From NCBI RefSeq assembly GCF_009914755.1, contig NC_060928.1: 64,000 bases of DNA, one strand, 5' to 3'. The notes under the pieces were generated by a model. That model worked only from the letters and a program-made list of their open reading frames with translations. It had not been told where the DNA came from and did no database searches. How positions within the stretch are numbered: the first letter of the stretch is position 1; every line of letters begins with the position of its first letter. This stretch comes from the human T2T-CHM13v2.0 reference genome, Homo sapiens. The translations under genes and the position numbers were made by a program. This document shows positions 39,334 through 53,519 of the stretch, piece by piece.

Positions 39334-42300
39334 CTGTTGGCCCTTCCTATTCTCAAATTGCACATCCACAGACTTAACCAACCATGGATTGAAAATATTT
39401 GAAAAAAGAGATAAGCAGAAAATGGTGGATAGGAGGCAGGACTAACTTGCAGCTCTCACTCAGATGGACAGAACAGCATGCAGAGACCCACATTTGTGAA
39501 CTTTTACTCCAAGAACCACCACAGAACATACCAGGAAAGCCGAGACAATCCACAGACCCTTTGAAGGAGGTGGATTGCTGCTGCAGGCTCTGTGGGACAG
39601 CCGAGGAACTGTGAGTCAGCTTGCTTTCTCAGTTGGGAGGCTTGTAACCTGTGACAAGTTCTCAGCCCTGCTCACTGGCTGCCTGGAAATAAACCTGGTG
39701 CTGTTGGGGGGAGGGGCACAGTGGAAGTGAGACTGGCATTTAAGGCTGTAGGCTGCCAGGAAGCCGGGTGAGGCCTGTGGCTGCTGGCATTCCCCCACTT
39801 CTCTGGCAACCTGTGTGTGTAATGCAGCAGAGACAGACTTAATCCCCCTGGGAGCATAACTTCATTGGCCTGGGAAAAAGACCCCCATCCCCCACAGCAG
39901 CTGCAGCAAGCCAGGGCCAAGGAGAGTCTGAGCTTAGACACGCCTAACCCTGCCCCCATCTGATGACCTTTCACTACCTTCCCTGGTAGGGAGGACAAAG
40001 GACATACTCTCTTGAGAGCTGTATGGCTCCACCCACTGCCTGACTCTAGGGCAAGCTTGTATCCTCCCTATACAACCACAGTTGATGCACTCTTGAAAGT
40101 GCCACCTCCTGGCTGGAGGCCAACGAACACAAAACCGGTGCACTAAACAAAAACACAAGCAAGGACCCTCACTGAGTCCACTTCATTCCCCTGCTACCTC
40201 CACTGGAGTAGGTGCTGGTATCCATGGCTGAGAAGCCTGAAGATGGATCACATCACAGGACTCCGTGCAGACACTCCCCAGTACCAACCTGGAGCCCAGT
40301 AGCTCTGCTGGGTGGCTAAATCAAGAAGAGCAATAACAATCACTGCAGTCTGGCTCTCAGGAAGCCCCATTCCTAGGGGAAGGGGGAGAGCCTCACATCA
40401 AGGGAGCACCTATGGGACAAAAGAACCTGAACAGCAGATCTGAGTCCTAGATCCTCCCTCTGACATAGTCTAACCAAATGAGAAGGAACCAGACAAACAA
40501 TTCTGGTAATATGACAAAACAAGGTTTTTTATCACCCCCAAAAGATCACACTAGCTCACCAGCAATGGATCCAAACCAAGACAAAATCTCTGAATTGCCA
40601 GAAAAAGAATTCAGAAGGTCGATTATTAAGCCAATCAAGGAGCCACCAGAGAAAGGTGAAGTCCAGCTTAAGGAAATCAAAAAAATGATACAAGATATTA
40701 ATGGAAAAATCTCCAGTGAAATAGCATAAATAAAAAACAACCACAACTTCTGGAAATCAAGGACACACTTAGAGAAATGTAAAATGCACTGCAAAGTCTC
40801 AGCAACAGAATTGAACTAGTAGAAGAAACAGCTTCAGAGCTCAAACACAAGGCTTTCAAATTAAACCAATCTGACAGACAAAGAAAAAAGAATTAAAAAA
40901 AAATGAACAGAGACTCCAAGAAGTCTGGGATCATGTTAAAGGACTAAACCTACAAATAATTGGTATTCTCAAGGAAGAAGAGAAATCTAAAAGTTTGGAA
41001 AACACATTTAAGGGAATAATCAAGAAAAAGTTCCCTGTCCTTGCTAGAGATCTAGATATTCACATACAGGAAGCTCAAAGAACACCTGGGAAATTTATTG
41101 CGAAAAGATCATCACCTAGGCACATAGTCATCAGGTTATCTAAAGCCAAGACGAAGGAAAGAATCTTAAGAGCTGTGAGGCAAAAGCATCAGGTAATCTG
41201 TTAAGGAAAACTTATCAGATTAACAGCAGATTTCTCAGCAGAAACCCTACATGCTAGAAGGGATTGGAGTCCTATCTTTAGCCTCCTTAAACAAAACAGT
41301 TGTCAGCCAAAAATTTTGTATCCAGCAAAATTAAGCTTCATAAATGAAGGAAAGATACAGTCTTTTTCAGACAAACAAATGCTGAGAGAATTTGCCACTA
41401 CCAAGCCAGCACTGCAAGAACTGCTAAAAGGAGCTCTAAATCTTGAAACAAATCATTGAAATACATCAAAATAGGATTTCCTTAAAGATTAAATCTCACA
41501 GGACCTATAAAACCGTAACATAATGGAAAAACACCAAGGTATTCAGGTAACAAATAGCATGATGAATAGAATAGTACCTCACATCTCAATACTAATGTTG
41601 AATGTAAACGGCCTAAATGCTCCACTTAAAAGATACAGAATAGCAGAATGGATAATAACTCACCAACCACATAAGGACTCACATAAACTTAAGGTAAAGG
41701 GGTGGAAAAGATATTGCATGCAAATGGACACCAAAAGTGAGCAGGAATAGCTATTCATGTATTAGACAAAACAAACTTTAAAGCAACAGCAGTTAAAAAA
41801 GAAAAAGGAATAGTGGATAATGATAAAAGGACTAGTCCAACAGGAAAATATCACAATCCTAAATAAATATGCATCTAACACTGGAGCTCCCAAATTTATC
41901 AAACAACTACTACTAGACCTAAGAAATGAGATAGACAGCAACACAATAATAGTGAGGGACTTCAGTACTCCACCGACCGCACTAGACAGGTCATCAAGAG
42001 AGAAAGTCAACAAGGCAACAATGGATTTAAACTATACAACAAATGGACTTCACAGATATTTACAGAACATTGTTATTGTTCTACTGAACAACCACAGAAT
42101 ATACATTCTATTCATCAGTGCATGGAACTTTCTCCAAGATAGGCCATATGATAGGCCACAAAACAAGTCTCAACAAATTTAAGAAAATCAAAATTATATC
42201 CAGTACTCTCTCAGGCTGCAGTGGAATAAAATTGGAAATCAACTCCAAAAGGAACCATCAAGACCATGCAAATACATGGAAATGAAATAACCTGCTCCTG

Positions 42301-45300
42301 ATTGATTGTTGGGTCAACAGTAAAATCAAGATAGAAATTTTAAAATTCTTTGAACTGAATGATAATAGTGACACAACCTATCAAAACCTCTGGGATACGG
42401 AAAAGGCGGTGCTAAGAGGAAAGTTCATAGCATTAAATGTCTACACTAAAAAGCCTGAAAGAGCACAAATAGGCAATCTAAGGTCACGCCTCAAGGAACT
42501 AGAGAAACTAGAACAAAGCAAACACAAACCCAGCATTAGAAAAGAAATAACAAAGATCAGAGCAGAACTGAATTAAATTAAATATATATATTTATATACA
42601 AAAAATAAATAAAACAAAAAGCTGGTTCTTTGAGAAAATAAATAAAACCGTTAGACCATTAGTGAGTTAACCAATAAAAGAAGAGAGAAGATCCAAATAA
42701 GCTCAATTAGAAAAGAAATGGAAGATACTACAACTGATACCACAGAAATACAAAAGATCATTCAAGGCTACTATGAATACCTTTACATGCATAAACTAGA
42801 AAACCTAGAGGAGATGGATAATTTCCTAGAAATATACAACCCTCCTAGATTAAACCAGGAAGAAATAGAAACTCTGAAAAGACCAATAACAAGCAGTGAG
42901 ATTGAAATGGTAATTACCCCAAAAAATAAAAGTCCAAGACCAGATGGGTTCACAGCTGAATTCTATCAGACATGCAAAGAAGAATTGGTACCAGTCCTAT
43001 TAACACTATTCCAAAAGACAGAGAAAGAGGGAATCTTCCCTAAATCATGCTATGAACCCACTATTGCCCTAATACCAAAACCAGGAAAAGATATCACAAA
43101 AAAAGAAAACTACAGACCAATTTCCCTGATGAACATAGATGCAAAAATCCTCAACAAAATACTAGCTAACAGAACCCAACAGCATACCAAAAAGATAATC
43201 CACCATGATCAGGTGGGTTTCATACCAGGGATGCAGGGATGGTTTAACATACACAAGTCAATAAATGTGATACACCACATAAACAGAACTAAAAACAAAA
43301 ATCACATGATCATCTCAATAGATGCAGTAAAAGCATTTAACAAAATCCAGTATTACTTTATGATTGAAACCCTCAGCAAAATCAGTATAGAAAGGCCATA
43401 CCTTAAGGTAATAAAAGCTGTCTATGACAAACTGACAGTCAACATCATACTGAATGTGGAAAAGTTGAAAGCATTCCCCGAGAGCTGGAACAAGACAAAG
43501 ACGCCCACTTTCACCAGTTCTATTCAACATAGTGCTGGAAGTCCTAGCCAGAGCAGTCAGCCAAGAGAAAGAAATAAAGGGCATCCAAGTTGGTAATGAG
43601 GAAGTCAAACTGTCACTGTCTGTTGATGACATGATTGTATACCTATTATAGAAAACCCTAAAGACTCATCCAAAAAGCTTCTAGAACTGGTAAATAAATT
43701 CAGCAGTTTCAGGGTACAAAATTAATGTACACAAATCAGTAGCCCTACTATATACCAATAGTGACCAAGCTGACATTCAAATTGAGAACTCAAGCCCTTT
43801 TACAATAGATGCAAAAGAAATACAATACTTAGGAATATACCTAACCAAGGAGGTGAAAGACATCTGCAAAGAAAACTACAAAACACTGCTGAAAGAAATC
43901 ACAGACAGCACAAACAAATGGAAACATCCTGTGCTCATGGACTGGTAGAATCAGTATTGTGAAAATGACCATACTGCCAAAAGCAGTCTATAAATTCAAT
44001 GCAATTCCCATCAAAATACTGCCATCATTCTTCACAGAACTAGAAAAAACAATCCTAAAATTCATATGGAACCAAAAAAGAGACCGCATAGTCAAAGCAA
44101 GACTAAGCAAAAAGAACGAATCTGGAGGCATCACATTACCTGATTTCAAACTATACTATAAGGCCATAGTCACCAAAACAGCATGGTACTGGTATAAAAA
44201 TAGGCACATAGACCAATGGAACAGAATAGAGAACCCAGAAATAAAGCCAAATACTTACAGTTAACTGATCTTCGACAAAGTAAACAAAAACATATAGTGG
44301 GGAAAGGACACCCTATTCAACAAATGGTGCTGGGATAATTGGCAAGCCATATGTAGAAGAATAGAACTGGATCCTCATCTGTCTATATATACAAAAATCA
44401 ACTCAAGATGGATTAAAGACTTAAATCTAAGACCTAAAACCATAAAAATTATAGAAGATAACATTGGAAAAATCTTACTAGACATTGGCTCAGGCAAAGA
44501 CTTCTTGACCAAGAACCCAAGAAAATCAAATGCAACAAAAACAAAGATAAATAAATGAGATTAATTAAACTAAAAAGCTTCTGCACAGCAAAAGTAACAA
44601 TCAGCAGAGTAAACAGACAACCTTGAAAATCTTCTCAATCTGTACATCCAACAAGGGACTAATTTCCAGAATCTACAAATAAACAAATCACCAAGAAAAA
44701 AAAACAAACAATTCCATCAAAAAGTGGGCTAAGGACATGAATAGACAGTTTTCAAAAAAAGATATACAAATGGCCAACAAACATATGGAAAAAAAATGCT
44801 TAACATCATTAATGATCAGGAAAATGCAAATTTTAGCCATTATGTGATACCACCTTACTCCTGCAAGAATGGACATAATCAAAAAATCAAAAAATAATAG
44901 ATGTTGGCATGGATGTGGTGAAAAGGGAATAATTTTACACTGCTGGTGTGAATGTAAACTAGTACAACTATGGAAAATTGTGTGTAGATCCCTTAAAGAA
45001 CTAAAAGTAGAACTACCATTTGATACAGCAATCCCACTCCTGGGTATCTACCCAGAGGAAAAGAAGTCATTATATGAAAAAGATACTTGCACATGCATGT
45101 TTATAGCAGCACAATTCACAAATGCAAAAATATGGAAACAGTCCAAATGCCCATCAATCAATGAGTGGGTAAAGAAATTGTGGTATATATACACCATGGA
45201 CTACTACTCAGCCATAAAAAGAAATGAAATAATGGCACTTGCAGCAACCTGGATGGAATTAAAGACCATTATTCTAAGAGAAGTAACTCAGGAATGGAAA

Positions 45301-46003
45301 ACCAAACGTCGTATGTTCTCACTCATAAGTGGATGCTAAGCTATGAACACACAAAGGCATAAGAATGCTACAGTGGACTTTGAGGACTCAGGGGAAAGGG
45401 TGGAAGGTGGGTGAGGAATAAAAGACTACACATTGGGTACAGTGTACAGTGTTCGGGTGATGGGGTTCACCTAAATCTCAGAAATCACCACTAAAGAACT
45501 TATTCATGTAGCCAAACACCACCTGTTCCCCAAAATGCTATTGAAATAAAATAAATAAGTAAATAAAAGGTAGATTATGAAACAGTGTATACACGGTTGA
45601 TCCCAACTGTAATTTGAAAAACATGTGTATGCCTATAAAAAAGAACAGTAGACTATACATCAGAATATTAACTGGTTATTTCTAGTGTTGGGATCAAGGA
45701 GAATTTTAGTTTTCCTTTTTATCTGTATTTTTTTACTAGTTTCTGTCTTACGCTTAATTATGATAAAAGATTTTTTTTATGTAAAAAATGAAAATACAAA
45801 AAATATCAAAAAATAATACAAATTAAAAATACAGCATAACAACTATTTACATTAGGTATCATAAGTAATCTAGAGATGATTTAAAATATAGGGGCAAATG
45901 TGCAACTACTACACCATTTTATATAAGAGACTTGAACATTCTTTGAAAGTGGTATCTGAGGAGGGTCCCAGAACCATTCTCCCGTGGATACAGAAAATGA
46001 CTA
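39334..46003 (+). mobile_element. MER2 (TcMar-Tigger MITE) split by the L1: left part 39334-39407, right part ~45790-46003
   Basis: The left part ...ccaaccatggattgaaaatatttgaaaaaa and the right part ...ataagtaatctagagatgatttaaa...gtggatacagaaaatgact are the two halves of MER2, and are the reverse complement of the intact copy at 30747-31053. Confidence 0.75.
39408..45568 (+). mobile_element. Full-length, inactive LINE-1 (L1PB1-like): 5'UTR, broken ORF1 and ORF2 (EN/RT), 3'UTR, A-rich tail
   Basis: ORF1 fragments at 40478 and 40995; ORF2 fragments at 41523, 41820, 42718 (RT: [20 protein letters not shown]), 43959 and 44869. The 3'UTR gctaagctatga...cacctgttccccaaa...ctattgaaataaa matches my recall of L1PB1. 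Many stops and frameshifts. Confidence 0.9.
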
Positions 46004-46249
46004 TATTTCTGTCTCCTGTTCAAAAAATTTGCAATCACAATTATCTCTCCAAATGGTTCTACTGCTGCTCCCTCTTCTTCCCATCTAAGACTCTGATTAG
46101 ACATATGTTAGACCTTTTCTACAAATTATTTCCTGTTTTTTAGCCTGTCTTCATATATTCTATTTCTCTGCCTTTTTTCTGTTGAATTCTAAGTGATATA
46201 TTCTGATTTATTATCCAGTTCAAAAATTCTATCTTCAGCTAGAGCTAAT

Positions 46250-46565
46250 TATTTTTTTTTCTTTTGGAGACGGAGTCTCACTCTGTTGCCCAGGCTGGAG
46301 TGCAGTGGCATGATGTTGGCTCACTCCAACCTCTGGCTCCCAGGTTTAAGTGATTCTCCTGCCTCAGCCTCCTGAGTAGCTGGCCACCTATAATTCATTG
46401 CACCACCACACACACCACCACGCCTGGCTAATTTTTGTATTTTTAGTAGAGACAGGGTCTTGCCATGTTGGCCAGGCTGCTCTTGAACTCCTGACCTCAA
46501 GTGATCCACCCACCTCCACCTCCCAAAGTACTGGGATTACAGGCATGAGCCACTGATCCCCACCT
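46250..46565 (-). mobile_element. AluS-type with a short internal non-Alu insert
   Basis: Reverse dimer in which ccacctataattcattg replaces the usual gattacaggc. Confidence 0.85.
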
Positions 46566-47874
46566 AGAGTGAATATTTTTATCGAATCTATGCATTCATT
46601 GAATTTTTAATTTTTAATTTTTATATTTTTATTTCTAGAAATTCTTATTCTTAATCTGCTTATGCTTTCTCTATAGCTTATGCTGTTTATTAATATTTTC
46701 AACACATTAATTCAGTTCCTTAAACATATTAAACATATATTTTATAGTCTATATCTGTTAACTCCATTATCTAAAGTCTTTGTGGGTCTGATTTTAGTAT
46801 CTGTTGTTTCTGCTTTCATTCATGATTTCTTTTTGCCTTATGTATTTTGTGACATTTTATCAGGAGCTCATGCGTCTTAGTATTTTATGGGTGGGAATTC
46901 TTTGAAGCTTGGATTGAGGTTAATTTTTTAAAGAAAGGATTATATTTAGTCACACCAGTTGACTGGGAACACTACTAACCTAATCATTTTGAATAATTTA
47001 TTTTAAATTAATCATTAGCTAGAGGTGTTATGGACTTTGTGGCTTCAAATTCTCAAGGGAAAAATTTTTGTTCCCCTCCATCAAGCAGCATGTTTTGCCA
47101 CAGACAATTTTCCTGGGAGGTGAGGGGAGAGGATGAGGATTTATTTTTTAGCTCACTCTTATACTGAAGGTGCGACCTTTTAGGATCTCAGTTTTATGCA
47201 TGGGGTGTGCAGTCTCCACTTAAATTCCTACCTCAGTTAAGGCCTTTGGTTTCATTTTCTCCCCTCTCACCTTACAAGACAGTGAAACCAGTTTTAAGTT
47301 CACAGTTTGGCAAATACAATCAAGGCAACGGCTAGCTTCTATATTGCAGGTAACTTTTTAGGTTTCAGCTTTTACTCGTTTTTTGTTTTCTGAGTACTGC
47401 TTCCTCTCTTGACATTTTATTGACATATTTTAGAGATTTAAAATGTTTTTGCAGCATTTTTTATTGTTTTCAGTGGGAGTGTTAGATAGTCTTCCTCAAT
47501 GCTAGAAATAGAAGTCTACTTTTTTATGTTTTTGGTGACTTAGAAGTTGCCTTCTCCCTTTTAATGCAGTTTTAAAATGCTGACAAATGCCTGTTACCCA
47601 ATAATATCTTTCTGAGCCCCACACTTGCCTTACTCTCCAGTCAGCTGCCTCTTTCTCCATTTGTTTCCCCACTTCTACTGCCAATCAGTGCAAGAGGCAA
47701 TATGGTGATAGTTTATGTCTATGGGTGCTCAGAGAAGAGTGAAATGGTGGGAACAGCTGGATTGTCATTGCTTGGTGCCTGATTAGAGAAATGTATTCTT
47801 GTTGTACATTAGAGACCAGAATACCTTTTCCTATAGAAACAATATGAGAAATGAGTGTAGATTAAAAAGACGTT

Positions 47875-48050
47875 TTAGATTAGCTGGGCATGGTGGTGCA
47901 TGCCTGTAATCCCAGCTACTCAGAGGCTGAGGCACAAGAATCGCTTGAACCCAGGAGGCAGAGGGTTGCAGTGAGCCGAGATTGCACCACTCCACTCCAG
48001 CCTGGGTGACAGAGTGATACTCGGTCTCAAAAAGAAAAAGAAAAGAAAAT
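47875..48050 (+). mobile_element. Alu right monomer / 5'-truncated Alu
   Basis: attagctgggcatggtgg...gtctcaaaaagaaaa. Confidence 0.85.
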
Positions 48051-48818
48051 TTGTTTTATAATAATTATTCATGTACATATGAATTAAATAGGCTCTGTGG
48101 GCTTGCTTATGAATCTAACCAAGGATTAATTGAATTCCAACATAGATAATTTAAATTGAGCTTGCAGAGTACAATTGTGTATTATATGCCCTGTATATTT
48201 ATCTAGTTTACCTTTTAGTATATTTGCATCTTATCCTTCTAATTATATTGTAAATTCCTTGACAGTAAAGATCATCGCTCATATTTCTTTACCTTTCTCC
48301 ACATCTTCTAGCTTGGGGATTCTGACTAGTTGGCTAGTGGGTTATAATAGCAGTGGCAACCAGTAGACAATGGAATATCTCTGGAGTCATTTTATTTTCC
48401 TTGACATATTCCCTAATAGGGGTACTAATTGTCCAGTGAAAAAGACTCAAACACAGATGCTAAAAGAAATGGAGCTTTGAATAATCCACTGGTTTGGTTA
48501 CTTTTTATAATAGCTGATTTGTCAATTATCCCATAACTAAGCCACTCAACTAAATTCTAAGTTACCAATAGAACTGAAGAATTTGTATATCAAAATCACA
48601 TACAGCATGTATAAACACATGACCCCTTAGCTGTGAGTGTGCACATGTGCCTTAAAGTGTATCACTCTAACTTTTTTGGGTATTTATTCCAGAATTATCT
48701 GTTTTTATGGTCTGATTGCTTTTCCTGGACCCTTTCTATTTGATTTTTAAGGAAAAAAAAAATACAGGGGAGGGATGTTAAAAGAGAAAAAGTAATTCAT
48801 TGATTACCAAACATACTG

Positions 48819-48828
48819 GGGAATTCCC
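48819..48828. promoter_or_regulatory. Candidate NF-kappaB site (perfect palindrome)
   Basis: GGGAATTCCC is seen directly; occupancy is unknown. Confidence 0.3.
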
Positions 48829-49379
48829 ATTGTTTAAATGTAAAAACAATATACAGCTCACAGAATGCCACAGTTCAGGGGAGGAAAAACTGATATGTGT
48901 TGAGATTGAAAATGATTCCTTTATAAATGAAGTTGACCAAAATTTCCAGCAGGACTGTTGCCTGAAGGAAAGTTCCTGGGCTCCAGCCTCTGTTATGCCT
49001 AACAATGAGCCATACAAGTCTGGACAGATGGTTGGATTCCAAAGCGTTTCTCATGTTACAGTATTTTCTTCCTATTGTCTCCTCTGAATTCTACAGAGAA
49101 AAGGGAAAATGCTGTGACTTTCAAAAAGTATGAAGAATGTCTTCAGTACATTTCTGGGGAATTGCAAGTACTAAACATGAATTACCTTGGAAATCTCTTC
49201 TTCTTTTTAGAAATGTTGTCTTGGCTAAAATATGGTTTCTTATGGTGGATGATATGATTTATCTAACTTACTTTTATATGTAGAAATACAGAATAGATGC
49301 ATTTATGTCTTTTCCTGGAAGATCTCTTCTACGCTTCTTGTCTCAAAACATGGTAACATTGTCCACTCAGTTTTGAGCT

Positions 49380-50000
49380 ATGGTGAAGGAGAAACTGATA
49401 CTCATTCTTAATAACATTCATATCTATCCAATACCAATATTGCATTTATTCCCCAGACAGCTCTCAATTCTGTCCAGTTTTCTACATCTCTAATACTATC
49501 GCTCTGGTCGAAAGTCCTGATACTTTCCACGTGAATTTTTGCAATTATACCTAACTGATCTTCCTGCAGTTACCTCCCGGCAAACCCCCACCCTAACGTA
49601 CGCACTACAGCTAAAACAGAGTGATTTTTTCCAAATGCACATCTGACCCTGGTCCTCCTGCTACCAGTAGTTTCCTAGCACTCTTAAGGTGAAGATACAA
49701 TTTTTTACCAGGCACACATAGGCCTGCACAGCCCGTATTTACCTCTCCAGTCCCACCTCATATCAACTTTCTCCTTTTATCGCTAGTTCAGCCAACCTCT
49801 CTGTCTTTCATTCCCTCTCTAGTTCCTTCTACATAACAGCCATTCCCCACCATTTTAACTTCATTAAGCCTTATCACTCTTTCAAAGCTTAATTCAGGCA
49901 TCACATTCTCAAAGAAGCCTCCCTTGATCTGCCCTAGCTTTACTCAAGTGATTAGGTCAAGTCCTGTTGTTTGCCTTCATACAACTGCATGCCCTATCTC
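49380..50000 (+). mobile_element. L2 fragment
   Basis: Pyrimidine-rich L2-like text (cagctaaaacagagtgatttttt...aggcatcacattctcaaagaagcctccctt). Confidence 0.55.
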
Positions 50001-50539
50001 TCTTTCACATCACTTAGACAAAAGGAAGAGATTTATGATCTTGTGCATCAGGAATTGGTGTTGCAAGTGAGGAAACCAAAGCAAATAAGTATATTTAGTA
50101 ATCGACTTCTAAAATTCAAGCCAATATTTCTAACCACACAAAAATATACATACATAAAAACGATATGTAAGGGTTCTCAAAAGAGCTAGGGAATTTCTTA
50201 ATAAACAAATATCAAATATTATTTGGCAATAAACAACATGGTCTATTTAGACTGCTGCTGAGTATGTAATTTAAGAGCTAGAAGCATCTTAACAATTGTT
50301 CCAACCAATTCCTTCAAAAATACAGATGAGAAAAGTCAATCTCAAAAGTGAATCTCAGAAGTCTTACAAATAGTTAATGATAGAGTATAAAGTGGAATTA
50401 ATCAACAAATATCTGTTGAACACTCTTGTGTGCATTCGTTTCCTATTTCTGGGTCCTCTTTTCATTACTATATGCTGTTTCTACTTAAGTCGTTTACAGT
50501 AACCGAGTAATTAAAATTTACTTCAATTTGTCAATATAA

Positions 50540-50854
<315 letters not shown>

Positions 50855-50864
50855 TACTTTCTTT

Positions 50865-51185
50865 TTTAATTTTATTTTAATTGACAGATTAAATTATATA
50901 TCTTTATGGTCATACATTATAGAATGGTTAAATCAAACTAATTAACATTATCTCACATACCATTATTTGTGGTGAGAACACTTAAAATCTACTCTCTTAG
51001 CAATTTGCAGGTATATAATATATTGTTTTTAACTATCATCACCGTGACATCCCATAGATCTCTTGAACTTTTTCCTCCTGTCTAACTGAAATTTTGTATC
51101 CTTTGACCAACACCCTCCCTAATTCCCCCCATCCTGCAGTCTCTGGTAACCACAACCCTACTCTCTGCTTCTATGAGTTCAACAA
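50865..51185 (-). mobile_element. L1MA-type 3' end fragment
   Basis: Same gagaacacttaaaatctactc...ctaactgaaattttgtatcctttgaccaa motif as at 38261. Confidence 0.75.
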
Positions 51186-51956
51186 AAGACCACTTTCTAC
51201 CTTAAGGGAATGATACAGCACTAAGAAAACATAAGCCTTTAGACAAAAGGATGATGTGCTACTAAAATTATATGATATTGTGGTTTTATTTCTTTGTGCA
51301 CGAGCTCTTCCTATTTCTTTATTACACCTCTCTTTCTCGATGTAGTTCTACAAAAGAATGCTAGGAAACAGAACTCCCTTCTTGCTTTAATTTTGGACTT
51401 GAAGAAAAATGAGTCTCCAACTTATCTGCAGCTCACGCCAAGCAAAGTTTGTTCTTAATCTTCTAAACCACCAAATGTATATTTTAATCTCAATGCTAAC
51501 CTCCCATTTTAGCCAATATCTCCCTCTGTCAAGGAATGATGGGAATGAGATATCATTTCTTCATTGCTTCAGGGCCTCTTGTTCACTGTAGCCCACTAAT
51601 TAGCTCTTTTATCAGCTCACTGCGGTACTCAGAAGGAATGAACATATGCTCCTGTACTCTTTGCAATAGCAGTATGAGGATAAAATTCTGAGCAGCCTTT
51701 ACTGCTCAGTTCTTTTCCTAGGTAGGCAGGCTAATAGCCAGCTTGTGGCATAAAACGTTGTGACTTATAGACATTTGAGTTAAAAGGGACATTGGAAACC
51801 TTTTAGTTCAACACCCAATCCATGCAGAAATACCTTTTTGAAGTATCCCAAACAGAAAAGAGATTAAATTTGTGCAAGTGTACCTCAAAGATATTGTGGA
51901 TTCAGTTCCAACCGTCTGCACAGAAGCAAGTATCACAATAAAGTGAGTCACACAAA

Positions 51957-52092
51957 GCCGGGTGCAGTGGTGCGTACCTGTAATCCTACTTGGGAGGTTG
52001 AGGTGGGAGGATCACTTGAGCCTAGGAGTTTGAGTCTGGTTTGGACAACATAGTGAGACCCATCTCTTAAAAAAAATTAAAATTAAAAAAAG
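51957..52092 (+). mobile_element. FLAM (free left Alu monomer) inside Tigger1
   Basis: Single monomer with an A tail and degenerate TSD aagtgagtcacacaaa / aggtgagttacatgaa. Confidence 0.8.
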
Positions 52093-53519
52093 GTGAGTTA
52101 CATGAATGTTTTTGTTTCCCAGTGCATAATATTAATGAAAGTTATGTTTACACCATACTATAGTCTAGTAAGTGTACAATCATACTATGTCTAAAAAAGT
52201 ACCCACCTTAATTAAGAAATGCTTTATTGCTAAAAATGCTAATGATTATCTGAGCCTTCAGCAAGTCCTAATCTTTCTGCTGGTAGAGGGTCTTGCTTCA
52301 ATGTTGATGGTTGCTGACTGATCAGAGTGATCGTTGCTGAAGGCTGGAGTGGCTGTGGCAATTTCTTAAATTAAGACAACAATGAAGTTTGCTACATGGA
52401 TTGAGTCATCCTTTTCCTAAAGATTTTTCTGTGGCATGTGATGCTGTCTGATAGCATTCACCCATGGTAGAACTTCTTTCAAAATTGCAGTCGGTCCTCT
52501 TAAATCCCGCTGCTGCTTTACCAACTAAGTTTACATAATATTCTACATGGTTTGTTGCCATTTCAACAATGTTCACAGCATCTTTACCAGGAGTAGATTT
52601 CATCTCAAGAAACCACCTTCCTTGCCCATCTATAAGGAGCAACGTCCCATTCATTCAAGTTTTATCATGAGATTGCAGCAATTCAGTCATATCTTAGGCT
52701 TTTCTAATTCTAGTTCTCTTGCTATTTCCACCACATCTGCAGCTACTTCCACCACTGAAGTCTTGAACACCCCAAAGTTATCTATGAGGGTTACACTCGG
52801 TTTCTCCTCAGTTCCTGTTAATGTGGATATTTTGCCCCTCTCCCATGAATCACGAATGTTCTTAATGGTATCTAGAATGGTGATTCCTTTTCAGAAGGTC
52901 CATTAGAAGAATTTGCTTTGCCCAGATCCATCAAAGAAATTACTATAAAAGATATAAGCTGTGATCACTATAAGCTATAGCCTTATGAAATGAATTTCTT
53001 CTAAGACTTAAAAGTTGAAATTACTTCTTGACCCATGGGCTGTAGAATGAATGTTATATCAGCAGGCATAAGAACAACATTAATCTTGTACATCTCAATC
53101 AGAGCTCTTGAGTGACCAGGTACACTGTCAATGAGCAGTAATATTTTGAAGGAAACCTTTTTTTCTGGGAGGTAGGTCTCAACAGGGCACTTAAAATATT
53201 CAGTAAACCATGTTGTGAACAGATATCCTGTTACCAGGCTTAGTTGTGCCACTTATAGAGCACAGGCAGAGTAGATTTAGTATAATTCTTAAGGGTCTTA
53301 GGGTTTTCAGAACAGTAAATGAATACTGGCTTCAAAGTAAAGCCACCAGCTGCATTAACCTCTAACAAGAGAGTCACCCTGTCCTTTGGAGCTTTGAAGC
53401 CAGGCATTGACTCCTCCCCTCTAGATATGAAAGTCCTAGACGGTATCTTCTTCCACTACAAGGCTGTTTTGTCACCACTGAAAATCTGTTGTTTAGTGTA
53501 GCCACCTTTGTCAGTGATG

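Larger units (their letters stand above)
38940..46930 (-). mobile_element. Old L1M (ORF1 region) host element, split by the MER2/L1PB1 nest and an Alu (pieces ~38940-39333 and ~46004-46930)
   Basis: T-rich reverse L1-like text (ctttgaaggtaatttgtcttttctctctagctgctttaaagatc...) resumes after 46003. Confidence 0.5.

Noticed and set aside
42718-43596. 292-aa reverse transcriptase as a retron, DGR or novel RT system
   Set aside because: It is an ordinary fragment of L1 ORF2 inside a decayed L1PB1.
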